Positions 27,169 through 34,780 are shown, counted from the first letter of the stretch. The stretch: 64,000 bases of DNA from Candidatus Heimdallarchaeum aukensis (GCA_021513695.1 CP084166.1:1568001-1632000), one strand, 5' to 3'. Notes: generated by a model not told the origin, from the sequence alone. Numbers and translations are program-made.

Positions 27169-28638
27169 CTACATATCTTTTAAAATTCGTCTAAATTCGT
27201 TTAACCATCTTGATGCTTGGAATTCTAGTTTTTCACAATCGTCTTCATTTATTATTTCACTTGGTTTATAATTTGAAAGAATGTCTTTCCAGTTTTTCAT
27301 ATCGCTGAGCATCCAATGATCTTGCGGAATAGATGGAAACGAGTGCAAAACATGAATTAGCTCTTCTACGTCAGCCAACAGCAAATCAGCTCGTGCGACT
27401 GATTTAAGCCTTGTTAGATCAATTAATTCAATTGCAGCTGAAACAAAATCAGCTGTTTTTACAGGCATTTTCTTTAAGGATTCAAATGGTATCATTTCAA
27501 CATCTTTAGTTCCAGTTCCTTCAGCCATTTGTAGCAATCTCATTCCTTTGTCAAATCTATTTAGCAGATTTTCTTGCTCTATAAACGAATCGAGATCAAA
27601 TCCACCTAATTGTTCCAGTTTCATTCTTGTTTTGAAAACTGTTCTTATTAGTGATCTTAACTGCTTTTTATATGCAACTTGCTCAATCTCACCATTTTCA
27701 TACCCTCTCGCTAAATTATCTAATGTCACTATTGCTGCATATAAATCAGCTTCAAAATCTAATCTTTTATCTAAATCACTAGGCATTACTTGTCCTCCAA
27801 CATTTTCTAAATAAGCTAATTTTTTATTTGTCTTATAACTTTCCACTGAATATTTTCTATAAAGTTTCAAGTAATCAACACTTGAAAGATCTCCATCATC
27901 AAATTTCTCATTTAATAGCTCTAATAAGTCATTAGATGCTCTTGAACTTGCTTTTAAATCATCGGTTACAGAAATTGTAAGTTCTTTTAATGAATGTGAA
28001 GGCTCAGCTTTCTTGATTAGAGCAGCTCTTTTTTCCTCAATTTGTTTATTTAGTTCGTTTATCTGCTGCTGATACGCTTCTATCTCTGCTTCAATAGTAC
28101 TTTTTTCTATCGATGTTTGACTCCGTTCATTAAAGGATGGTACACTTTGCTTACGTACAGTGTGACGTGAAACTGTTCTTGGTTTCATCGGTTGAACTAC
28201 AGATCTAGACACACTCCTAGCTGTAGACATATGCTTTGTTCTTAATGGTCTTGCAGGAACATTAGCAAATAATCGCCGAATATCATTTATAACTTGATAA
28301 ATATGATAGCGTGGTTTCCATTGAGCGAGTATTTGCAAACTAAGAAAGTCATTGTCGTCAACATTAGGATGATTTACTTTAGGAGTAATTTCAACTTGAG
28401 GAGGAATTCTTGGGAACTCTGGAGAGATATATATTGTAGCATAAACAGTTATCTTCGTTCCTTGAATTATCCCTACAGGGCCTTTCCACTTTCTTAAATT
28501 GCCTCCTACTGGCTCAAATCCTTCAACATTATTATAAATTAATTGCATCTCATTAGCAAGAATCTGATCTAGAGAAATTTGTCTCACCTTTACTCTTCTA
28601 TTATTGTTATAAACTTCAAAGTTTAAAAAATATTGCAT
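27169..28638 (-). CDS. ESCRT-I-like fusion: UEV/E2-variant domain + coiled-coil stalk + Vps28-like domains
   Basis: Residues ~45-125 have a UBC fold (KWKGPV..GT...V...I....FP..PP.V.....V.HPNV) with Ser100 where E2s carry the catalytic Cys (DFLSLQIL vs GSICLDIL). A coiled coil spans ~170-205. The C-terminal ~200 aa align by eye to Vps28 (DLYAAIVTLDNLARGYENGEI...Y vs ELYSLIITLDHLEKAYLKD.I...Y, plus a C-terminal helical bundle). Confidence 0.75.
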   Translation of the reverse strand: MQYFLNFEVYNNNRRVKVRQISLDQILANEMQLIYNNVEGFEPVGGNLRKWKGPVGIIQGTKITVYATIYISPEFPRIPPQVEITPKVNHPNVDDNDFLSLQILAQWKPRYHIYQVINDIRRLFANVPARPLRTKHMSTARSVSRSVVQPMKPRTVSRHTVRKQSVPSFNERSQTSIEKSTIEAEIEAYQQQINELNKQIEEKRAALIKKAEPSHSLKELTISVTDDLKASSRASNDLLELLNEKFDDGDLSSVDYLKLYRKYSVESYKTNKKLAYLENVGGQVMPSDLDKRLDFEADLYAAIVTLDNLARGYENGEIEQVAYKKQLRSLIRTVFKTRMKLEQLGGFDLDSFIEQENLLNRFDKGMRLLQMAEGTGTKDVEMIPFESLKKMPVKTADFVSAAIELIDLTRLKSVARADLLLADVEELIHVLHSFPSIPQDHWMLSDMKNWKDILSNYKPSEIINEDDCEKLEFQASRWLNEFRRILKDM

Positions 28639-28729
28639 TCAAAAAAAAGAGTCTTTTCTTGAGAAAAAAATATATGAAAAAAAATTGATTATAATTCTAA
28701 ATTACAATAGAACCTAGGAATAAACTCTT

Positions 28730-29272
28730 TTACTTTCTATTTTTGACTAAAAGTGTAGCTAGTTTCACAAATGCTTCTTGAACATGTTCTCCTGTAAGTG
28801 CACTTGTTTTTATGAAATCCAAACTATTGATTTTGTTTTGTAATGATTTACATTCATCATCTGATACAGCAATTTTATCTTCTAAATCATTTTTATTTCC
28901 AACTAAGATGGTAAGGGTGTTCTTTCCACAGTTTTTAACAAGTTCAGAGTTCCATTTCTCTAGATCAGTTAGTGTTGAATTCCTGGTTAAATCGAAAACC
29001 ATCAGTGCTGCTTTTGCTCCTTTAAAGAAAGTATGTCTTATAAACCTAAATCTATCTTGTCCTGCTAGATCCCAAATTGAAAGAGCTACAACTGTATTGT
29101 CCTCTAATGTAACAAATTTCTCACTCGGTTCCATACCTATTGTCATCAGATAACTTTGTTCAAAACGATTATGAACAAAACGTTGTACAAGAGATGTCTT
29201 TCCTACAGCGGCGGCACCTAATAGAAGTATTTTGAAATTGAAATCAGGACGAATTGAACGCATTATTCTCAA
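28730..29272 (-). CDS. Rab/Ras-like small GTPase
   Basis: G1 GAAAVGKTS, G3 WDLAGQD, G4 GNKND and G5 TSAL. By eye it aligns end to end with Rab-type GTPases. There is no C-terminal Cys prenylation motif. The likely start is the ATG at 29263 (MRSIRPDF...). Confidence 0.9.
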   Translation of the reverse strand: MRIMRSIRPDFNFKILLLGAAAVGKTSLVQRFVHNRFEQSYLMTIGMEPSEKFVTLEDNTVVALSIWDLAGQDRFRFIRHTFFKGAKAALMVFDLTRNSTLTDLEKWNSELVKNCGKNTLTILVGNKNDLEDKIAVSDDECKSLQNKINSLDFIKTSALTGEHVQEAFVKLATLLVKNRK

Positions 29273-29275
29273 CTT

Positions 29276-29572
29276 TTACATTTTTTTTGCTTTTACAAGC
29301 TCTTCTTTTAAACTTTTAAGATAGTATGTTTCAAAATTTTCTTCTGCGCGTTTAATAGTAGTAAGAGAAATACAGAGATCTAATATGAATTCATATTGTT
29401 CTTTTTTCTCTTTCTGTGGTTTGAATGCTTTAAATTTTTTTAATAAATACTCGGCTAACTTTGACGCTTCTTTTTTTGTTAATGTTCCTTGCTCATATAA
29501 ATTAATAATTAACTCCATTTTCTCTATAGTAATATCATTGTTAATCTCTTTTAACGACAAAATTTTACTCAT
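29276..29572 (-). CDS. Small helical hypothetical protein (98 aa), first gene of the GTPase/ESCRT-I/II strand
   Basis: Clean ORF ending a few nt before the GTPase start. Lys/Glu-rich helices. No family recognised. Confidence 0.5.
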   Translation of the reverse strand: MSKILSLKEINNDITIEKMELIINLYEQGTLTKKEASKLAEYLLKKFKAFKPQKEKKEQYEFILDLCISLTTIKRAEENFETYYLKSLKEELVKAKKM

Positions 29573-29791
29573 ATGCTATCTATTCATTTTTTTCGGTTAA
29601 TATATGTTTTGCTGTTAAACTGGTTAGAAAATTGCTATCAGGGACTTATAATTAGATCAATAAATCAGATATTATATTTAAAATTGAGTAAGAAATTTCA
29701 ACAAGGATAACCTTTAGAAAAAGATAAAATAACCAAATAACTATTTTTGGGAGAAATATAAATTTAAAAATGGAAAAAAAAAATAATTTTA

Positions 29792-30499
29792 ATGACAAAA
29801 AAAACAATACTTGCTTGTTTTGCCCATCCTGATGATGAATTGGGTTGTGTTGGAACATTAGCAAACCATGCAAAAAATGGAGATAGAGTTGTAATTGCAT
29901 GGACTACTAGTGGTGAGATGGCTTCTTTTTTTGAAGGGATGAGTTTTGAAGAAGTAAAAGATATTAGAGAAAAACAAGGAAGAGAAATCGGTAAAATCAT
30001 AGGAAGTAATGTAGAAACTATTTTCTTAGGTTATGGTGACACAGAAGTCATTCCTACTAGGGAAAATGCTATTAAAATGGCAAAAATAATTGCTAAAATT
30101 AAGCCAGATGCCGTTATTAGTTGGGGATTTAATAATCGACACCCAGATCATAGAGGAACAGTACAATTATTGTATGATGCTATGACATATGCTAGAATCC
30201 CAAGAATAACAAGTCCTGACCCTCCTCACAGACCTCCATTTCATATACCCATGTTCTTATATTATGAGAAAATCAGCCCTTTACGAACAGTTTACGTAGA
30301 TATTAGTGAAACTTATCCTCAGGTAGAAAAAGCGTTTAGACTTTACGCTGATTTCTATGGATGGTCGGTAAGTGATTGGATTCATGTAAGAAGAAGAACA
30401 GATGGAATGGATTGCGGAGTAAAATTCGCAGAGAAATTTAATGTTTTTTCAAGATATGAGCCATATTCATCTTTATTACCAATAAATAATGATGCATAG
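29792..30499 (+). CDS. PIG-L/LmbE family N-acetylglucosaminyl deacetylase
   Basis: Signature AHPDDE (LACFAHPDDELG) and a later HPDH (NRHPDHRGT). 235 aa. Confidence 0.85.
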   Translation: MTKKTILACFAHPDDELGCVGTLANHAKNGDRVVIAWTTSGEMASFFEGMSFEEVKDIREKQGREIGKIIGSNVETIFLGYGDTEVIPTRENAIKMAKIIAKIKPDAVISWGFNNRHPDHRGTVQLLYDAMTYARIPRITSPDPPHRPPFHIPMFLYYEKISPLRTVYVDISETYPQVEKAFRLYADFYGWSVSDWIHVRRRTDGMDCGVKFAEKFNVFSRYEPYSSLLPINNDA

Positions 30500-30538
30500 A
30501 AAAATCTAGAAAAAATCCAGTGCTGATTTACTTTTTTA

Positions 30539-31162
30539 TTATTTTTCATCATCAGTTTGCTTCTCTTCTTTTTCTTCTTCATTTTCTTCTTCAAAGAAGT
30601 CATCATCAAACATTAATACACTGTCTAAAACAGAGTCAAGGGAAGGTCTTTCAGGAGGAGTTAATGGTATATCTGCTTTATCTGCAACAGAAATATCTAA
30701 AGATGAAAGATCTGCTCTCGCTCTTCTTCTCGTTGTTGGAGTCGTACTAACATATTGAATATTCTTTAACATTGATTTAACAGAACTGATTTCTTCTTTC
30801 AAATCTTTCAGAGAACTGAGTGCATTAATTTTTTCTAAAAGCTCATCTACTTTCTCTAACTCTCTTTTGGTTTTCTCTTCAAACTTTTTACTTGTTTCAG
30901 TTATCTTTGCAAACTGGCCTTCAGTTATGTTTATTCTTCTAGGAATTGAGGGTTCAGTGGGTGGAAAAAACAATGCAGGAGATGCTTTTAATTCTTCAAG
31001 AGAACCAAATTTTTCACTATGGTGTGCCTTGATTGACGCAAGAATTGCAGTTATAGGGTTTCCATATTCCGTCATTAAATCTTCAATCATATCCCATATT
31101 GCTATAGGAATTGGTACTTCTATTATTCTAGCTATCCTTTGCTTCTTTTTTTGAGAATACAT
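30539..31162 (-). CDS. Hypothetical protein with central coiled coil and strongly acidic C-terminal tail
   Basis: 207 aa. The N-terminal region could be ribbon-helix-helix-like (RIARIIEVPIPIAIWDMIEDLM), which is a weak call. The tail is FDDDFFEEENEEEKEEKQTDDEK. Confidence 0.5.
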   Translation of the reverse strand: MYSQKKKQRIARIIEVPIPIAIWDMIEDLMTEYGNPITAILASIKAHHSEKFGSLEELKASPALFFPPTEPSIPRRINITEGQFAKITETSKKFEEKTKRELEKVDELLEKINALSSLKDLKEEISSVKSMLKNIQYVSTTPTTRRRARADLSSLDISVADKADIPLTPPERPSLDSVLDSVLMFDDDFFEEENEEEKEEKQTDDEK

Positions 31163-31397
31163 TATTTTCTACCAGATTAATTAGTAATTTGAGTATTTAA
31201 TTAAAGACCACTACTTTACACATCTCTGATAATACTTCTCTGTATATAAATATACTTTTTAATCTACTAAAATCAAAGAATGATAAATATTAGACAATAA
31301 TAGGAATTTTAACCTAATTAAAAAACAAACTGTTAAAATAAGAAGATAAGGTAGAAAGGAAAGATCCTTTCTCTCTCTCCCTTTTAATAGAATTTTC

Positions 31398-31670
31398 TTA
31401 TGCAGTGTCTGTTACTTTGCTTTCTTCTTGTAGGAACTCAAAAGTTTCACGTAACTCAGGAGCTAAGTAATAATAGACCGACCGCATATCTGATAGATTA
31501 GACATTTTCTTTAAAATGCCTTTTTCTAGAAGGCGTCTAATACCATAACGAACTGTTCGTTCTGGTTGTTCTACAGATGCTAAGATCTGTTTCTGTGTCA
31601 TTGGTCCTTTTTCGTCCAATACTTTTATTATATCTTCTCCGCCTCGGGGTAATTTTCGTCTTTTCATCAT
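31398..31670 (-). CDS. Small winged helix-turn-helix DNA-binding protein
   Basis: 90 aa. DIIKVLDEKGPMTQKQILASVEQPERTVRYGIRRLLEKGILKK is a typical wHTH (MarR/TrmB-like) core. AGGTGA lies 3 nt upstream of the ATG. Confidence 0.65.
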   Translation of the reverse strand: MMKRRKLPRGGEDIIKVLDEKGPMTQKQILASVEQPERTVRYGIRRLLEKGILKKMSNLSDMRSVYYYLAPELRETFEFLQEESKVTDTA

Positions 31671-31692
31671 GATTCACCTTTTTTTTGTTCAT

Positions 31693-31709
31693 CTAGTGTT
31701 TTACACTAG
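31693..31709. promoter_or_regulatory. 7-bp perfect palindrome (CTAGTGT-ttt-ACACTAG) 22 nt upstream of the wHTH gene start
   Basis: 31693-31699 is the reverse complement of 31703-31709. Its position in the 5' region of a DNA-binding protein gene suggests an autoregulatory operator. Confidence 0.3.
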
Positions 31710-31767
31710 CTTTAACACATGCATATTGAGCGTAACTCAATCAAACTACTGGGTTTATAAACTTTTG

Positions 31768-31851
31768 CCTAGTCCGAGAGCATCTCTGCTAATGCAATGA
31801 ATACGTATCATTGTTGCGTATGTTTATCCATACACACAACGCGGACTTAGG
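31768..31851. ncRNA. Cloverleaf-like 84-nt element of unknown nature (not a canonical tRNA)
   Basis: The closing stem is CCT-AGTCCG / CGGACT-(T)-AGG. It encloses three hairpins: AGAG-cat-CTCT, CAATGA-atacgta-TCATTG, and GTATG-tttatc-CATAC. GC is above local background. There is no T-loop GTTCRA, no D-loop and no proper spacers. Confidence 0.15.
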
Positions 31852-31964
31852 AATTCGCCCAAACCCCAAATTTATTGAAGTTACTGTTACTCAGTATTTA
31901 CTATTCTCATCTAAGTATATAATGATTTCTATGTAACAAAATAAAAAAATTATATATATTTAAC

Positions 31965-32867
31965 CTATAAATTATTTAAAAAATCTCTTATTCTTTGAAG
32001 AGCAAGTCTACTTTCTGGCAACATTTTTCCAAAGAGAGTGAAACAGTGTGTCATTTCTTCCCAAATATCTAGCTCCACATTTACACCTTGTTCTAGTGCT
32101 TTTTTTGCGAATCTTATTGAATCATCGAGTAAAATTTCAGAGGTTCCAACTTGGATAAATATTGAAGGTAGACCACGAAGGTCACCAAACAAAGGGGACA
32201 CTAAGGGGTTTCTAGGATTTTGTCCTTGTAGATACATTTCGGCGGCAAATTCTAGATTCTTTTTTGATAACTGGGGATCTTCATCTTCTTTAGTAAGAAC
32301 TGATTCACCAGATAAGGTTAAGTCAGTCCAGGGAGAGATACATATTCCTGCCCTAGGAAGAGGTTTTCTTAATGATTTCAAGTTGAGCATTGTAGATAGT
32401 GTCAATCCTCCTCCTGCAGAGTCACCCATTATGATTACTTTTTTTGGGTTAAGTTCCAGATCGCCTATCAAGTTCAAATATGCTTTTGTTGCATCTTCAA
32501 GAGCTGCAGGAAAAGGAAATTCTGGAGCTAAACGATAATCAAGAAGTAGTACTTGCGTTTCAGTTATCAGTGAAAATCTTCCTGCAAAAGCTCTATGCGT
32601 TTTTGGAGATCCAATTACATATGCTCCCCCATGTAAATATAAAATAGTATATTCAGATTTCATGTAACCGATCTTTGTTGGATATAACCATTCTGCATTT
32701 AAATTATTTATTTCAGTTTTTTCAACAGTTATTGCTTTTGGTACTTTTAAAATAGAAAGAGTTCTCTCTAAAATGTGCCTTTTTCTTTCTACACTCCTGT
32801 CTCCAGTAGATTTTACGGGCAGAGAACGTAAAAGATTTAACAAAATTTTTGCTTTACGACTAACCAC
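31965..32867 (-). CDS. Alpha/beta-hydrolase fold-3 esterase/lipase (HSL family)
   Basis: Oxyanion-hole box YLHGGAY (an HGG motif) and nucleophile elbow GDSAGG. A late acidic residue and His (EEMTHCF) are also present. 300 aa. Confidence 0.85.
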   Translation of the reverse strand: MVSRKAKILLNLLRSLPVKSTGDRSVERKRHILERTLSILKVPKAITVEKTEINNLNAEWLYPTKIGYMKSEYTILYLHGGAYVIGSPKTHRAFAGRFSLITETQVLLLDYRLAPEFPFPAALEDATKAYLNLIGDLELNPKKVIIMGDSAGGGLTLSTMLNLKSLRKPLPRAGICISPWTDLTLSGESVLTKEDEDPQLSKKNLEFAAEMYLQGQNPRNPLVSPLFGDLRGLPSIFIQVGTSEILLDDSIRFAKKALEQGVNVELDIWEEMTHCFTLFGKMLPESRLALQRIRDFLNNL

Positions 32868-32912
32868 AATAACAAAGAATTACTACATAAAACATAAATG
32901 TTTTCTTTGGAC

Positions 32913-32935
32913 ATGATTTACTTTTTTCCGTAAGT
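32913..32935. repeat. Left terminal inverted repeat of element A
   Basis: See the mobile_element entry; 20/23 match to the inverted right end. Confidence 0.75.
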
Positions 32936-33173
32936 TTTTCGCACTCGGTCTTTCAAGAGAGAAAAACAATAAAATAGCTTAATCGCTTGGTAACTCAACC
33001 TAAACATACAATGAATGGGAGTGGTTGAGACAGACATCATACACGAATCGTGGGAATCATAAAGAAGAAAGGAAGAAAAAAGTAAAACCTTTTTTCTTTT
33101 TTCCTTCACTCCACGAGAGACAAAAAAGAAAGACTAACTCTAACACAAGAGGATAGAATTAGTTTCTTTTCGT
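32913..33173 (-). ncRNA. Candidate omega-RNA/reRNA scaffold of element A
   Basis: A 261-nt non-coding stretch between the tnpB stop and the element end. Its blocks are conserved with copy B (CGCACTCGGTCTTTCAAG, CATACACGAATCGTGGGAATCATAAAGAAG, CCTTCACTCCACGAGAGA). Conserved hairpins: CTCAACC/GGTTGAG (32994-33000 / 33023-33029) and a purine/pyrimidine hairpin at ~33066-33106. Confidence 0.4.
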
Positions 33174-34628
33174 CTACTGGGGCTGCAACCAATGGCTGAG
33201 CCCTCGGCAAACAGTGAAATGAGTGAGACTGAATTTCTGACCAGTGAGGTAATCAGTAATGGTGTTACATCGAGGACGGAAAAGATATCCAAGGAACTTA
33301 CGAGCGATATTCATTCCCCTTGTTAGATCAGAATGAAAAGTGTAGTTACAGGAAGAACAATGAACTAACCCTCTAACGGGACGGGAAACTTTCCTCCCGC
33401 AACGAGCACAGTGAGAAGATGTCCCTCTTTCCTCTATTGTTAATATTCGGTGAGATTCAAAGCCTCGAAGTATAAGTGCCCGACGGAGAAGAGAGAGAAC
33501 AAGAGAAAAATTCCACTGATGAAGTTTTCTGCGAAACTTACGATTACTTTTTTCTTTTTCTTTTCCTTCTCGAACATGTTTGGGGTAACCTACAACAACG
33601 AAAAGGTCATACACTTGTGCATAACTCTCTATCGTCTGCACAACATCGCTTATAAATTGGTGAATATACGCGCGTTTAACGTTTCTATACCTCCGACGAA
33701 GAAGACCAAGAAAACGGTAAACTTGGTGCTTTTTACCTAACTGGTCGTTTAAAGCTGCTTTCCTCTGAAGACGGGAAAGTTTGAGTTTATATCTATGATT
33801 GATTCTATTCCACTGTTTAGTATACCAGAATTTTATCTCTTTTTTTGTTAACTTCTTTTTAGGAGTCAGTAACACTCCTGCAGCAGGAATGTTTATCCCT
33901 AGATCTATTCCCAGCACAGCTGGGGGAAGAGAAGAAGAATTATCTCCTTGACTTGTGAGATAAAAGGAAGAAGGAGGAAGAACTTTTAATTGGAAATACA
34001 CCCACCATTCACGTGTAGAACGTTTGTATCTTAGTTCTAGACTTTTCACCCTCCCTTTCTTTAACTCTTTCTGGTGAAAATCGCTCATCTCTAAAGGTAA
34101 CCACAACTTCTGATGATAAGGTGTCTTTCTCTTCCAGGTATCTAACGAGTCTCTTATTCCTACCCACCAACGAGTAAGTGTATTATTCTTCTCTTTTGGT
34201 AGATGGACAAGAATGAACCTTTTTCCATTAATTAATTGCCTTCTTGCTCTCTTTATTGGAGGACGAGTAGGACGGGGTCTATACCCTTGTTCATATAATT
34301 GTACAGCTATATCTCTACACTCTTGGAATTCATTGTGAGAACAATAGGGAAACATTTTCTTCAAGTCGTGAGGAACAGTCTTTCTCCTCTCTTCTTCTTT
34401 TACTCTTGAAGTAGTCAGTGTCAACTCGTCTAATTTTCCTCTATGTACTCTTATTTTCCCTTTTTTTGTTCTTATACTTATTTTTCTTCTGTTGTGGTGT
34501 ATAATTCTCACATATTTTTCTATTATTCTCGTGTCTCTCCCCGTTATTCTCCTTAATCTTTCCTTTTTTCTCGTCGTCAATACCTCATTCTTTATTCTCA
34601 CTTTTAATGTTTTGACGACGTCCTCCAT
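33174..34628 (-). CDS. tnpB: TnpB-like RNA-guided endonuclease family protein (OrfB, RuvC + zinc ribbon)
   Basis: 484 aa. RuvC-I is LGIDLGINIP. The zinc ribbon is CARCGRKVSRPVRGLVHCSSCNYTFHSD. RuvC-III is HSDLTRGMNIA. The N-terminal KTLKVRIKN... is typical of TnpB. Confidence 0.9.
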   Translation of the reverse strand: MEDVVKTLKVRIKNEVLTTRKKERLRRITGRDTRIIEKYVRIIHHNRRKISIRTKKGKIRVHRGKLDELTLTTSRVKEEERRKTVPHDLKKMFPYCSHNEFQECRDIAVQLYEQGYRPRPTRPPIKRARRQLINGKRFILVHLPKEKNNTLTRWWVGIRDSLDTWKRKTPYHQKLWLPLEMSDFHQKELKKGRVKSLELRYKRSTREWWVYFQLKVLPPSSFYLTSQGDNSSSLPPAVLGIDLGINIPAAGVLLTPKKKLTKKEIKFWYTKQWNRINHRYKLKLSRLQRKAALNDQLGKKHQVYRFLGLLRRRYRNVKRAYIHQFISDVVQTIESYAQVYDLFVVVGYPKHVREGKEKEKSNRKFRRKLHQWNFSLVLSLLRRALILRGFESHRILTIEERGTSSHCARCGRKVSRPVRGLVHCSSCNYTFHSDLTRGMNIARKFLGYLFRPRCNTITDYLTGQKFSLTHFTVCRGLSHWLQPQ

Positions 34629-34780
34629 CTTTCTTTCCTCTTTTCTTATTCTAAACTTTTTTCTTCTCCTTTAATTATACTTTTTTTCCCTATAAAAATT
34701 CCTCACTTTTTCTTCTCTCCCTCCCTCTTCCTTCCTTCTTTCCTTTCTTTTTTCGTTGCACTCTTCCTCAATTTTTATAA

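Noticed and set aside
27133-27171. The 489-aa ESCRT-I-like ORF and the 102-aa ORF are in the same frame, separated by one TAG and 12 sense codons. This could indicate stop-codon read-through or a recoded TAG.
   Set aside because: A GAGGAG ribosome-binding site sits 6 nt before the downstream ATG, so independent initiation is simpler. Frame coincidence has a one-in-three chance. I have no evidence in the window for Pyl or read-through machinery.
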